Assembly (NCBI GenBank): GCA_040756235.1
Contig: JBFLZG010000120.1
Coordinates: 1 to 52,797, forward strand
Reading direction: 5' to 3'
Length of the DNA: 52,797 bases
Source of the DNA: a bacterium
GTDB lineage: Bacteria; Desulfobacterota; DSWW01
Both the position numbers and the translations under genes were made by a program. The notes beneath the pieces are model-generated. The model ran no database searches and was not told where the DNA came from. It was given only the letters and a program-made list of their open reading frames with translations. This document shows, in pieces, positions 27,421-37,789 of this stretch. Position 1 is the stretch's first letter. Every line of letters starts with the position of its first letter.

Positions 27421-27781
27421 CCGCGTGCGGCGAGCGTGACCAACCCGGTCGATCTGCCGGGAAACTTCCGGCGCAAGCCCAACAAGGCGGTCATCATGGG
27501 GCGGCGACCGCGCAGACATCCAGCTCGTGGCGCTGGAGACCTCGACGCGGTGTCTGATCCTGACCGGTAACATCCGGCCGAGCCAGCAGATCCTGAGCCG
27601 TGCTCAGGACAGGTCCGTGCCGGTGGTCCTGGCCCACTACGACACGATGACCGCGATCGGCCGGATCGAGCGATTCTTCGGGAAGACGCGCTTCCATCAG
27701 GAAAAGAAGATCCGCCGGTTCGAAGCCCTGCCGGGCGAGCACATGGATTTTCGGGGTCTGAAGAAAGAGCTCGGGCTTTGA
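27421..27781 (+). pseudogene. Truncated, frameshifted DRTGG-domain (phosphotransacetylase N-terminal family) gene remnant
   Basis: FRRKPNKAVI in one frame continues after one extra G (ATGGGGC, ~27498) as GGDRADIQLVALETSTRCLILTGN...VPVVLAHYDT. The N-terminal part of the gene is missing. Confidence 0.75.
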
Positions 27782-27964
27782 AGATGTTGCCGGTGCTCCG
27801 GTTGCCTGGGTACTTATTCGCCGGGCGCCTTCCTGCGGGGGTCACGACGGAGCGGTTCCTTGTGCGGGGGCTCCCGGACAGGCATCTTGGTGAAATACCG
27901 CAAATGCTTACTCCTCCATGTCCCCGACGTTTCGATTCCGCACCGGAATCCGTGCGTGCCGCGT

Positions 27965-28195
27965 TCAGCGGGGCCTGGCCCGACCCGTGAACCTCCGGAC
28001 CGTGGACGGCAGCTTGGATCCGATCCAGTCCCGGACGCGGGCGAAGAAAGGGATGTCCCGCGCCAGGAGCAACACTCCGAATGCGATGAGGAGCCAGCCT
28101 GGCAGAATCGGCAGCGCCAGGCCGGCCAGCCCGGTCGCGATCAACAGTACGCCTACTACGATACGGGCCACCCGCATCAGGATCTTTTGCGTCAC
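27965..28195 (-). CDS. Small membrane protein (PGPGW/DUF454-like)
   Basis: GVLLIATGLAGLALPILPGWLLIAFGVLLLARDIPF; GTG start. Confidence 0.7.
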   Translation of the reverse strand: MTQKILMRVARIVVGVLLIATGLAGLALPILPGWLLIAFGVLLLARDIPFFARVRDWIGSKLPSTVRRFTGRARPR

Positions 28196-28282
28196 GTTAT
28201 GGATACCCCCAGGTGGTAGGCAGAGAGTCGCCCGAAGCGATGTACGGTTAAATACTTAAGTAAAACATTAGATCTTTTATTA

Positions 28283-28295
28283 CAAGCACTTGATT
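28283..28295 (-). promoter_or_regulatory. Possible IHF binding site in AT-rich divergent intergenic region
   Basis: Minus strand AATCAAGTGCTTG matches the WATCAANNNNTTR consensus; the surrounding 28245-28310 region is AT-rich. Confidence 0.35.
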
Positions 28296-28599
28296 ATGAA
28301 CGGTTCATCAAGCAAGTTGCGTTGCGCGCACGGGTTCGGCCACTGGGCTTAGATGCGCCGCTCCCTGCAAGAGGCTGCGGACAGACGGCCATCTCCGGCC
28401 CCGGCGGAAGGCCGAGGTCACTGGGGCGTACTTCCACCGTAAGCCTCGTTCCTCAGGACTCGCGCCCTTCCCGTGCCTTGCACGGAAATCCCGCACTACT
28501 CCGGCGGACGAGCGCCCGAGGATCCACATCCGGGACATCACCATCTTACTGAAGAGGGTGAGGGAGGAAAAGGGGGAGAATTTCAGAGAGTGAGAGGCT

Positions 28600-30549
28600 A
28601 TGAACGATCGCCCGCCGGGAAGAGACCCCGAAAAGAGAGTCGTCATGGGGGGGGGCCGCCCCGGAAAATGGAGGCCACTGATCTGGATTGCCCTGGCATG
28701 GCTCCTGGTCATTTACTGGATGGGCGGCCGGCAGGGTCACCATCGTTTTTCCATTTCTTATACCGAGTTCAAAGAGCAGGTGCAGGGCAACAACGTTTCG
28801 GAAGTCGTGGTGAAAGCGGACCGGATCACGGGGAAGTTCAAGAAACCGGTGAAGAAGGAGGATGACGGCGACTCCCACACGGCTTCATCGGGCGAGCTGG
28901 CTTTCGCGACCGTCAAGCCGCCGTTCTCGGATCCGGAGCTCATGCAGCTCCTCGAGACCGAACAGGTGACGATCCGGGCCGAGCCGCAGGAGAACTTCTC
29001 CTGGCTGGGGCTCGTCCTGGTCGGACTGCTGCCCTGGGTGCTCATCATCGGTACCTTCGTCTACTTGAGCCGGATGGGAGCCGGCGGGGGCGGAGGCATG
29101 ATCGGCAACGAGCTGTTCGGCATCGGCAAGTCCAAGGCCAAACGCTACAGGAGATCGCTTGCCGACCAGACCTATCGGGACGTGGCCGGCCTGGAGAACG
29201 CCAAGAAAGACCTCATGGAAGTGATCCAGTACCTCCGGGATCCCCAACGTTTCGCCTTTCTCGGTGCGCGCCCGCCCAAGGGGGTCTTGCTGGTCGGGCC
29301 GCCGGGGACGGGAAAGACGCTTCTGGCCCGGGCCACGGCCGGAGAGGCCGAGGTCTCTTTCTTCAGCGTGAGCGGCTCCGAATTCATCGAGATGTTCGTG
29401 GGCGTGGGCGCGTCCCGGGTTCGCGATCTGTTCGAGACGGCCAAAAGGGAGGCGCCTGCGATCATCTTCGTCGATGAGCTCGACTCCGTCGGCAGGGCCA
29501 GAGGAACGAGCCTGGGCAGCGGCCATGACGAGCGGGAACAGACCCTCAACCAGATCCTTTCGGAGATGGACGGGTTCGAGCCGGCGAACACGGTCGTGGT
29601 CATGGCCGCGACGAACCGCCCGGAGATCCTCGATCCGGCCCTGACGCGCCCCGGCCGGTTCGACCGGCAGGTGGTCCTGGACTTGCCGCACAAGGAGGCG
29701 CGCAGGGAGATTCTGCGCATCCAGACGCGCAACGTTCCGGTGGCCGCGGAGGTCGATCTGAGCCACCTCGCTTCGCGGACCGTGGGGTTCTCCGGCGCGG
29801 ATCTCACGAATCTGGTCAATGAAGCGGCCATGCTGGCCGGCCGCAAGATGAAGCGGATGGTCCAGCTCGACGACTTCGAGCAGGCCAGGGACAAGATCCT
29901 GCTCGGCAACGTGCGGGAAGAAGCATTGAGCATGGATGAGAAAGAGATCGTCGCCATGCATGAGGCCGGCCACGCGCTGGTTGCCAGGATGCTGCCGGAC
30001 ACCGACCCGCTCGAGAAGGTCACGATCATTCCCCGGGGCCGGTCCCTGGGGGTGACCGAGCAGTTCCAGGAGAGGGAACGTCACCACCTCAGCCGCCGCT
30101 ACCTGTTCAGCCGCGTGGCCGTCATGCTGGGCGGACGTGCGGCCGAGAAGCTCCTGTTCGGGGACGTGACCAACGGCGCGCAGGACGATCTCAGGCAGGC
30201 CACGCGGCTGGTCCGCGCCATGGTCTGCAAGTGGGGCATGAGCGAGAGGCTCGGCCCGGTCGCGTTCCAGGACGGCGAGGAATCGGCGTTCCTGGGCCTG
30301 GACGGGGTCCAGCAGAGGGACTTCAGCGAGCACACGTGCCGGCTCATCGACGCCGAGATCAAGCGCATCATCGTCGAGATGGAAGAGAGGGCCTGGGTCA
30401 TCCTTCGAGCCAACCGCGACAAGCTCGTGCGACTGGCCAACGCCCTTCTGGAAGAGGAAACCCTGGACACCGGGAAAATCGATGAGATCCTGAACCTCGA
30501 AGAGAGCTGCCCGAGCGAGCAGCAGGCTGCCGCGGGCGGGGCAGACTGA
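28600..30549 (+). CDS. ftsH: ATP-dependent zinc metalloprotease FtsH
   Basis: Two TM segments, Walker A GPPGTGKT, Walker B IIFVDE, SRH ATNRPEILDPALTRPGRFDR, HEAGH. Confidence 0.97.
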   Translation: MNDRPPGRDPEKRVVMGGGRPGKWRPLIWIALAWLLVIYWMGGRQGHHRFSISYTEFKEQVQGNNVSEVVVKADRITGKFKKPVKKEDDGDSHTASSGELAFATVKPPFSDPELMQLLETEQVTIRAEPQENFSWLGLVLVGLLPWVLIIGTFVYLSRMGAGGGGGMIGNELFGIGKSKAKRYRRSLADQTYRDVAGLENAKKDLMEVIQYLRDPQRFAFLGARPPKGVLLVGPPGTGKTLLARATAGEAEVSFFSVSGSEFIEMFVGVGASRVRDLFETAKREAPAIIFVDELDSVGRARGTSLGSGHDEREQTLNQILSEMDGFEPANTVVVMAATNRPEILDPALTRPGRFDRQVVLDLPHKEARREILRIQTRNVPVAAEVDLSHLASRTVGFSGADLTNLVNEAAMLAGRKMKRMVQLDDFEQARDKILLGNVREEALSMDEKEIVAMHEAGHALVARMLPDTDPLEKVTIIPRGRSLGVTEQFQERERHHLSRRYLFSRVAVMLGGRAAEKLLFGDVTNGAQDDLRQATRLVRAMVCKWGMSERLGPVAFQDGEESAFLGLDGVQQRDFSEHTCRLIDAEIKRIIVEMEERAWVILRANRDKLVRLANALLEEETLDTGKIDEILNLEESCPSEQQAAAGGAD

Positions 30550-30584
30550 TTGCGAGAGCGGGAGGCCCCGGGAAGCTTGCGTCC

Positions 30585-32756
30585 ATGTTCGGCTCCGGCG
30601 GTGCGATCCTGAAAGAGGGCAGGAACTGCTGGCGCAAGGAAAGCGCCGGGCGCTTGGCCTTCCTGGTGGATGTCCAGGACTACTTCGGGCTGCTCCTGCA
30701 GGCGCTGCGCGCGGCCCGGCGGACGGTCTACATCGCCGGTTGGGACGTGGACCGACGGGTGAGTCTGATCCGGCGGGCCGGCGGGCCGGGCGGTGCCGAC
30801 GCCCACACCCTGGATGAGGTCCTCGACCGCATCATTGCGGAGGCGCCCGAGCTCCGCGCGTACGTCCTGGTCTGGGATTTCGCGATGATCTACGCTCTGG
30901 ACAGGGAGTCCTCTCTCCTGTTCGGCACGCGCTGGAGCGGCCGGCACCCGCGCCTCCACTTCCACCTGGACGACCGCCATCCGGTCGGCGCTTCGCACCA
31001 CCAGAAGATCGTGGTCGTGGATGATGCGGTCGCTTTCGCGGGCGGCGTGGACATCACCAAGAGCCGCTGGGACACGCCCGAACACCTTCCCCGGGACCCG
31101 CGTCGGGTCGATCCGAGCGGAGCGCCCTACGCCCCCTTCCACGACGTGCAGGTGCTGGTGGACGGGATGGCCGCCAAGTGCCTGGGAGACCTGTTTCGGG
31201 AACGCTGGCGGAGGGCCACCGGCAGCCGCCTGCCTGCGCCCGGCCCCGCCGCAGCAGACCCCTGGCCGGCTGAAGCCAGAGCGGCGCTGACCGACGTCGA
31301 GGTGGCCATCGCCCGGACCGAACCCGGCTATGAGGGCAGGCGGGAAGTGCGCGAGGTGGAAGCCTGCTACCTGGACATGATCGCGGCGGCGCGCGAGCGG
31401 ATCTACATCGAGAACCAGTTCTTCACCTCCCGGGTCGTCCAGAGCGCGCTGGCGGCCCGGCTCGCAAGCGAGGAAGGGCCGGAAATCGTGCTGGTGCTGC
31501 CGAGGGATTACACGGGATGGCTGGAGCAGAACGTCCTGGGCAGCCTGCAGGCCAGGGCCCTGGCAGAGCTCCGCAGAGCCGACGCTCACGGCCGCCTGCG
31601 GGTGTATTTTCCGAGGAGCGGCGACCACGACATCTTCGTGCATTCCAAGCTGATGGTGGTGGACGAGGGTCTGGTCAGGGTCGGATCCTCGAACCTCACG
31701 AACCGCTCGATGGGCCTGGACACCGAGTGTGATCTGGCGGTGGAAGCGGACGGGGAGGCGCGGGTCGAAGGCGCAATCGGCTCGTTCCGGGACCGGCTGC
31801 TTGCCGAGCACCTGGACGTCTCCTCCGCGACGCTCGCCGATGCGCTGAAAGCCGAGCGGGGTTCCATGATCCGAACCGTCGAGGGCTTGCGGGGGCGGGA
31901 ACGCACCCTGGAGCCCCTGAGCGTGGAAGAGCAGCCTGAATGGCTGGCTTCGATCTCCCCGACGATCGAGCTCCTGGACCCGGAAAGACCCAGCGAGCTG
32001 GGACAGGCGGTGGAGGAGATCGCCCGCGAGGACGGGGCACAGCCCCGGCGCCGAGGCTGGGTCTGGCTCGCGCTGGTCCTGGTAGCCGCCAGCGGGCTCG
32101 CTGCGCTGTGGCAGTTCGGACCTGTGGCGGACGCGGAGGGCGCGGTTCGCATGGTGTCCCGCTTCAAGGAGAGCCCGCTGGCTCCGCTCTACGTCACCGG
32201 CGCTTACGTGATCGGGAGCCTGGTGTTGTTCCCGATCACGCTGCTCATCATCGGCACGGCTGCCGTGTTCGAGCCCGCGCCGGCCTGCGCTTATGCTCTG
32301 GCGGGCAGCCTGGCGGGCGCCCTGACCGGCTACAGCGTCGGCATCACCGCCGGCCGGAAGCTCGTCAAGAGGCTGGCCGGGAAGAGGGTGAGCGGACTGC
32401 GCAGAAGAATCGCCGAGCGGGGGCTCACAGCCGTCGCGGTGTCCCACCTCGTGCCGGTCGCTCCGTTCACGATCGTGAACCTCCTGGCGGGCGCTTCCCG
32501 CATTCGTATGCGCGATTTTCTCCTCGGGACCTTGCTGGGCATGGTGCCCGGGATCGTCTACCTGACTTTCTTCACCGGGTGGGTCATCGGTTTTGCGGAC
32601 GAGCCGAGCTTCACGCGCTTTCTGCCGGTCGCTGCCGCAGGCCTTCTCCTGCTGGGCGGCCTCTACCTCTGGCGGCGGCTGTCCGGGAGGCGGACAACCC
32701 GGGCGCCGGCGTCGGCGGCCTTGAAGCAGCCCGAACCGGCCGAGTCGAACCCCTGA
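30585..32756 (+). CDS. Phospholipase D-like protein fused to a VTT/SNARE-associated (DedA) membrane domain
   Basis: Two HKD motifs (HHQKIVVVD, HSKLMVVD..VGSSN); hydrophobic C-terminus with LVPVAPFTIVNLLAGAS. Confidence 0.9.
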   Translation: MFGSGGAILKEGRNCWRKESAGRLAFLVDVQDYFGLLLQALRAARRTVYIAGWDVDRRVSLIRRAGGPGGADAHTLDEVLDRIIAEAPELRAYVLVWDFAMIYALDRESSLLFGTRWSGRHPRLHFHLDDRHPVGASHHQKIVVVDDAVAFAGGVDITKSRWDTPEHLPRDPRRVDPSGAPYAPFHDVQVLVDGMAAKCLGDLFRERWRRATGSRLPAPGPAAADPWPAEARAALTDVEVAIARTEPGYEGRREVREVEACYLDMIAAARERIYIENQFFTSRVVQSALAARLASEEGPEIVLVLPRDYTGWLEQNVLGSLQARALAELRRADAHGRLRVYFPRSGDHDIFVHSKLMVVDEGLVRVGSSNLTNRSMGLDTECDLAVEADGEARVEGAIGSFRDRLLAEHLDVSSATLADALKAERGSMIRTVEGLRGRERTLEPLSVEEQPEWLASISPTIELLDPERPSELGQAVEEIAREDGAQPRRRGWVWLALVLVAASGLAALWQFGPVADAEGAVRMVSRFKESPLAPLYVTGAYVIGSLVLFPITLLIIGTAAVFEPAPACAYALAGSLAGALTGYSVGITAGRKLVKRLAGKRVSGLRRRIAERGLTAVAVSHLVPVAPFTIVNLLAGASRIRMRDFLLGTLLGMVPGIVYLTFFTGWVIGFADEPSFTRFLPVAAAGLLLLGGLYLWRRLSGRRTTRAPASAALKQPEPAESNP

Positions 32757-32766
32757 CGGCCTTCCG

Positions 32767-33549
32767 ATGAACCTGCTCAGGGCGGTCACCTACAACGTGC
32801 ATGGATGGAGAGGCCGGGGCGGCGGAGAGCCCGACGTCACTCGCGCCGTCGAGGTGGTCCGGGAGCTGCATGCCGATGTCGTCGGGATGCAGGAAGTGAG
32901 CTTGCCGCGGAAGGTGGATGTGCCGAGCCTGGAAGCGTACCTTGCGGCAGCGACCGGTATGCAGGTGATCTTCGGCCCCACCCTCGTATGCGAGGAGGCG
33001 AGCTACGGGAACCTCCTGCTGGTCAGGCGGCCGCTCCTCGAAGTCCGGCGGCACGAGCTCAGCCAGACCGCATGTGAGCCCAGGGGAGCGATCGAGGCGC
33101 TGCTGGAGGTCGGAGCCGACGAGCCGCTGCGGGTGATCACCACGCATCTGGGCCTGAGCGCACGGGAGCGGAACAGCCAGATCGAGCGCCTCATGGAGAT
33201 CCTGAACAGCGGGAGTGTCGGGTTCGTGGTGCTCCTGGGCGACTTCAATGTGTGGCTGCCGTGGCGGACCCCGACCTCCGCCTTCGATCGCTGGTTCGGC
33301 CGGAGCCCGAGGGCGCCCACCTTCCCGGCCGCTTTCCCGATCATGTGTCTGGACAGAATCTGGGTACGGCCCGGATGGCGCCTGGGGGCATTGAGGGTCC
33401 ACCGCACGCCGCAGGCGAGGAGCGCTTCAGACCACCTCCCGATGGAGGCGGTCGTGCGCTGCCACAAGGAGAGTCGCCCGTTACCGGTTGTCAGCGGCCA
33501 GCAAGATCGCCGACTGGGACTCACTGCAGGGGGGCGGGGACGGGAATGA
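32767..33549 (+). CDS. Endonuclease/exonuclease/phosphatase family protein
   Basis: TYNVH, MQEV, YGN, TTHLGL, GDFN, LDRI, ASDHLP. Confidence 0.92.
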   Translation: MNLLRAVTYNVHGWRGRGGGEPDVTRAVEVVRELHADVVGMQEVSLPRKVDVPSLEAYLAAATGMQVIFGPTLVCEEASYGNLLLVRRPLLEVRRHELSQTACEPRGAIEALLEVGADEPLRVITTHLGLSARERNSQIERLMEILNSGSVGFVVLLGDFNVWLPWRTPTSAFDRWFGRSPRAPTFPAAFPIMCLDRIWVRPGWRLGALRVHRTPQARSASDHLPMEAVVRCHKESRPLPVVSGQQDRRLGLTAGGRGRE

Positions 33550-33679
33550 TGGTGCTAACGGAATGCTGATGACGGCTTCAAGAGAGATGTCAGTTGCCGG
33601 CAAGAGGGAATGCAGCGGACCGGCTTTCGAGGGCGGGATGGGGGGACTGACAACTGGCTGCTGAAGACCGACAACTCCT

Positions 33680-34969
33680 TCACGAAAGGAACGAGACTCC
33701 TTCTTTTTCCTGAGAGCTGCGCAGCTTCGCGAGCGCCCTGTTCTCGATCTGGCGCACCCGCTCCCGGGATATGCCGAGCTCGTCGGCGATCTCCTGCAGC
33801 GTGCGCTTGCGCTTCTCTCCGATACCGAAGCGCCTCCGCAGGATGTGCTCTTCTCTCGGGCTGAGGCTCTTCAGAGCCGACATGGCCGCACGGGCCGTGT
33901 CCTGCCGCATGCTCGTCTCCTCAGGGGAGGCGATCTCCGGGTCGGCAAGAAAGTGGGACAGCGGGGACTCCCCTTCGCCCACCGGCCGGTCGAGGGACGC
34001 CGTCTGCACCTTGCTGGCGACCTGCAGCACGTCCTTCACCTTCTCCACCGGCAGATCCACCTTCCTGGCGATCTGTTCGGGAGTCGGCTCCCTGGCGTTG
34101 CGCTGCAGCATCTCGCGCGAGACCTTCATGATCTTGGCGATGGTCTCGGCCATGTGAGCCGGGATGCGGATCGTCTGTGCCTGCTCCTGCAGGGAGCGGA
34201 TGATGGACTGTCGAATCCACCAGGTCGCGTACGTGCTGAACCGGTTCCCGAGGCGATACTCGAATTTCGCGGCCGCCCTCATGAGGCCCAGGTTTCCTTC
34301 CTGGATCAGGTCCATCAGGGCGACTCCGTGCCCCATGTACCTTCTGGCAATGCTGATCACGAGCCGGAGATTGGACTCCACGAGCTGGTTCCTCGCCGCC
34401 CGCTGCCGTGCGTTCGCTTCGGCGAAGCGCTCGATCTCCCTCCTCTTGCGCCGTGCCTGCGCGGGTGCTTTGCCTCTGTCGGGCGGCCGCCGGTCGTGCA
34501 AGCTCTTCTGGAAAGCCTCGATTTGGTGATCGCCGAGATTGAGCTCCCGGAAGATCTCTTGCAGCACTTGCACGTGCCGGTCTCTTGCCCGTACCGAGCT
34601 CGCGGGGCCGGGCTCGGAAGCTTTCTTTCTCAGCCGGAGCTCATGGATGTTGCGGTCCGGAACGAGCTCCCGCAGGAGCCGCGAGTAACGGAACAGAATG
34701 TCGGCCATCAGCGCCTGGTTCTGTTCGATGCGCTTGGCAAGCTCCACCTCTTGAGCCGCGCTCAGCAGGGAAAAGCCCGACATCTCGCGGAAATAGGCTT
34801 TCGTGGCCTCCGGCAGGGACCTCCTTTCCGTCTTCTCCTCCGGGCTTTCTCCGGCATCCTCGTCGGATGAAGAGACGGGACGGCCACCCGCTTCTTCATC
34901 AGCGGTCCGGAGCCTCCAATTGTCGAGGGCCTCTTCATTGTTTTCCGAGGCCCAGGTTTCGGGGAACAT
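33680..34969 (-). CDS. RpoD/RpoS-type sigma70 factor lacking region 1.1 (group 2-like alternative sigma)
   Basis: This is the C-terminal 429 aa of the 1437-aa track ORF, with a GGAGG RBS before MFPETW. Region 1.2 AYFREM..LLSAAQEVELAKRI, region 2 NLRLVISIARRY..DLIQEGNLGL..FSTYATWWIRQ, region 4 TLQEIADELGISRERVRQIE. Confidence 0.9.
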   Translation of the reverse strand: MFPETWASENNEEALDNWRLRTADEEAGGRPVSSSDEDAGESPEEKTERRSLPEATKAYFREMSGFSLLSAAQEVELAKRIEQNQALMADILFRYSRLLRELVPDRNIHELRLRKKASEPGPASSVRARDRHVQVLQEIFRELNLGDHQIEAFQKSLHDRRPPDRGKAPAQARRKRREIERFAEANARQRAARNQLVESNLRLVISIARRYMGHGVALMDLIQEGNLGLMRAAAKFEYRLGNRFSTYATWWIRQSIIRSLQEQAQTIRIPAHMAETIAKIMKVSREMLQRNAREPTPEQIARKVDLPVEKVKDVLQVASKVQTASLDRPVGEGESPLSHFLADPEIASPEETSMRQDTARAAMSALKSLSPREEHILRRRFGIGEKRKRTLQEIADELGISRERVRQIENRALAKLRSSQEKEGVSFLS

Positions 34970-35371
34970 GGATGTTCGACCTCCGTCCACGGTTTCGTCG
35001 GTTCTCCCATAGAGCTGCATTGCGGAACCCCGCGGAACCGCCGCTCGCGCTCTGCCGTACCTTGCCGACGGCAGCGACACCTTCTGTGAGCGAATGGAAT
35101 CAGAATAATCGCGAGGTGCAAGGGGACTGACGAGAACCCGGAGCTCTCCCCGTCGAGGAGTCCGCCAAAACTGCACAATATTTAGACGTCCAGGGGGGAA
35201 AAGGGTTCCAGGATCGAGGCCGGATCCTGCCGGCTTCGGCTTCCGGACCGGCGGGCGCGCGCGGCGCCCTCGAGAGCAGGCGCCCGCGGCGCGGCCGGGG
35301 CATCCAACCCAAGGGAGATCCGAAGACGAAGAGGAGATCTCGATGACGGCAAGGTCCGGCGGGCATCCGCC

Positions 35372-36316
35372 ATGAAGGAAATCCTGACCCTCGCAATCAA
35401 TCCTGCGATCGACAAGAGCGCGAGCGTAGCCCAGGTCGTCCCGGACAGGAGGATGCGATGCAGCGCTCCGCGTTTCGATCCGGGCGGCGGAGGAGTCAAT
35501 GTCTCCCGGGCGATCCGACGCCTGGGAGGCGATTCGCTGGCCGTTTTCCCGGTCGGCGGGCCCATGGCGGAAACGCTCACCGAACGGCTGGAGATCGAGT
35601 GGGTTCGCTACCAGGCGATCCCGATCCGCGGCCGGACACGCCAGAACCTGCATCTCCTGGAGAGGTCGACCGAGCGCCAGTTTCGCTTCCTCATGCCCGG
35701 TCCGAGGCTGAGAGAGCAGGAGTGGCGGCGGTGCCTGGAGGTCGTGGTTGCGGCCGATCCGCGGCCGGACTTCATCGTGGCGAGCGGCAGCCTGCCCGCG
35801 GGCGTCCCGGAAGACTTCTACGCCCTTCTCGCGCGGCACGCCCGGGAGCTCGGCAGCCGGCTCATCCTGGACACTCAGGGCAAACCTCTGCGGCTCGCGG
35901 TGGAGGAAGGGCTCTTCCTGATCAAACCCAACGCGCTCGAGCTGGCCGTGCTCGGGGACGGCGGGGAAGGGGCCGGGCGGTCGCTGCTCGAAGGGGTGGC
36001 GCGGCGCGTGGTCGAGCGCGGGCAGTGCACGGCGGTCGTCGTTTCCCTGGGCGCCGCGGGCGCCCTGCTGGTCTGTCGTGAGGGCCAGGAGCACGTCCCG
36101 GCGCCGATCGTCTCGATAGCGAGCCGGCTCGGAGCGGGCGACAGCATGGTGGCCGGTATCTCGTTGGCGCTGGCGCGGGGCAGCTCGCTGACGGAAGCCG
36201 TACGGTTCGGGGTCGCGGCCGGTGCCGCGGCCGTGATGGCCCCGGGGACGGCCCTGTGCCGCCGTGAGGACACGGAACGGCTGTACGCCGCAATGGCCGC
36301 GCGGAAGGACGGGTGA
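35372..36316 (+). CDS. pfkB: 1-phosphofructokinase family hexose kinase (PfkB)
   Basis: TLAINPAID, PGGGGVNVSRAI, SGSLP, IKPN, SLGAAGA, GAGDSMVAG. Confidence 0.92.
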   Translation: MKEILTLAINPAIDKSASVAQVVPDRRMRCSAPRFDPGGGGVNVSRAIRRLGGDSLAVFPVGGPMAETLTERLEIEWVRYQAIPIRGRTRQNLHLLERSTERQFRFLMPGPRLREQEWRRCLEVVVAADPRPDFIVASGSLPAGVPEDFYALLARHARELGSRLILDTQGKPLRLAVEEGLFLIKPNALELAVLGDGGEGAGRSLLEGVARRVVERGQCTAVVVSLGAAGALLVCREGQEHVPAPIVSIASRLGAGDSMVAGISLALARGSSLTEAVRFGVAAGAAAVMAPGTALCRREDTERLYAAMAARKDG

Positions 36317-36438
36317 TGCGGTCGCAAAGCGCCGCAGACCTTGGCGCGGGAAGCTTCGAGGGCGGATTCCGGTCTTTCGGGCCGGCGCCCGGCGCGCCGG
36401 CTGCCCCCGTTCCGGGCCCGCGCGAAAAGCGTGATCGG

Positions 36439-37566
36439 CTACTTTTCCAGCTCGACCTTGAGGGAGAGGAAGCGCATCAGGTCCTTGAGCGTGATGACGC
36501 CCGCCAGGCTCCCGTTGTCCGTCACCACGAGCCGGCTGGTCCCTGTCCTGTTCATGAGAGAAAGAGCCTCCACGGCGTCCGCGTCGGGGTGGATCACATT
36601 CTGCGACGTGCAGGGCGACAGGATGTCGCGCACCGTCCTGGAGGTGCGTTCCGCCGGCGGCACCTCCTTGACCTGGTTGGCCGTGACACAGCCTACCAGC
36701 CTCTGGTCTTCGACCACCGGAAACATCTTGAAGGCATAGGGATAGAGGTAGCTCTGGATGAGCTCGTCGATCCGGGTGGACGGGCTCACGGTCACGGGGT
36801 CCTTTTTCATGAAGCGCCGGACCGGTTCGCCTTCCAGGGCCTTGCGCACCAGGACCTGCTGGTAAGATCCCCGGGCGGCGTTGTGCAGCACCATGCCGAT
36901 CAGGAACCACCACATGCCCGTGATGAAGTTGCCCGAGAAGATGTTCACCACCCCGATGACGATCAGCAGGATGGCGAACGCGGAGCCGATGCCGGCGGAG
37001 ATCCGAGTGGCCCAGCGAAGGTTCTTCTTGATCCCCCAGAGAACGGAACGGAGGATCCTTCCTCCGTCCAGAGGGAAGGCCGGCAGGAGGTTGAAGCCCG
37101 CCAGGACCGCGTTGATGTAGGCCAGGTAAGCCAGGACGCCGACCGCACCGGTGGGCCATCCTGCCCGGCTCCCCACTCTGGAGATGCCGTAGAACACGAC
37201 GGCGATGGCCACGCTGGACAGCGGGCCCACGATCGACATCGTGAACTCGGCCCTGGGAGACGGCGGCTCGCCCCCCATCTCGGCCACGCCGCCGAACAGG
37301 AACAGGGTGATTCCCTTCATCGGCATTCCCGCATGGCGCGCCACCAGGGAGTGGGCCAGCTCGTGCGCGATGATGGAGGCGAACAGTCCCAGCGCTCCCA
37401 GGACCCCCATCCACCAGTAGGTGAGCGGAGAGAGGCCTTCGTAGAACCGCGGGAAGAGTCCGACCGAGAGCGACCAGATGATGAGCACGGCGAGCAGGAT
37501 CCAGCTCAGATCGATGTGCACCTCGAAACCGAACAGGCGGAACAGTCTGATCCGGCTGCCGAACAT
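36439..37566 (-). CDS. Site-2 protease (M50) with C-terminal CBS pair
   Basis: HELAH, FLFGGVA, NLLPAFPLDGG, two CBS repeats; start re-called at MFGSRIRL. Confidence 0.92.
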   Translation of the reverse strand: MFGSRIRLFRLFGFEVHIDLSWILLAVLIIWSLSVGLFPRFYEGLSPLTYWWMGVLGALGLFASIIAHELAHSLVARHAGMPMKGITLFLFGGVAEMGGEPPSPRAEFTMSIVGPLSSVAIAVVFYGISRVGSRAGWPTGAVGVLAYLAYINAVLAGFNLLPAFPLDGGRILRSVLWGIKKNLRWATRISAGIGSAFAILLIVIGVVNIFSGNFITGMWWFLIGMVLHNAARGSYQQVLVRKALEGEPVRRFMKKDPVTVSPSTRIDELIQSYLYPYAFKMFPVVEDQRLVGCVTANQVKEVPPAERTSRTVRDILSPCTSQNVIHPDADAVEALSLMNRTGTSRLVVTDNGSLAGVITLKDLMRFLSLKVELEK

Positions 37567-37789
37567 GCCGCGACTCCGTTTCGGGTTTGCACCTGGGCCG
37601 GGCCGCAGGAGGTAACCCTGGAAGAGCTTGCGAGAAAGCGACCTGACAGAGTTCAGATGAATCGGGCCTTTGTTCTGTTTCCTTCTGTTTCCGCGCGCGG
37701 ACAGGCACCGGCCGGAACGCGGGACGCTCTGTCGGGAGGGTGTTGAAAAACACGTTCGTGAGAGGCGGACAGCCTCTGGAGGAGGAAAC

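Noticed and set aside
30099..32789. 896-aa minus-strand ORF (and similar 39233-41425, 39526-41871, 45206-46783)
   Set aside because: They are shadow or alternate-frame ORFs over the PLD-VTT, ATPase and ccoN genes, with no motifs.
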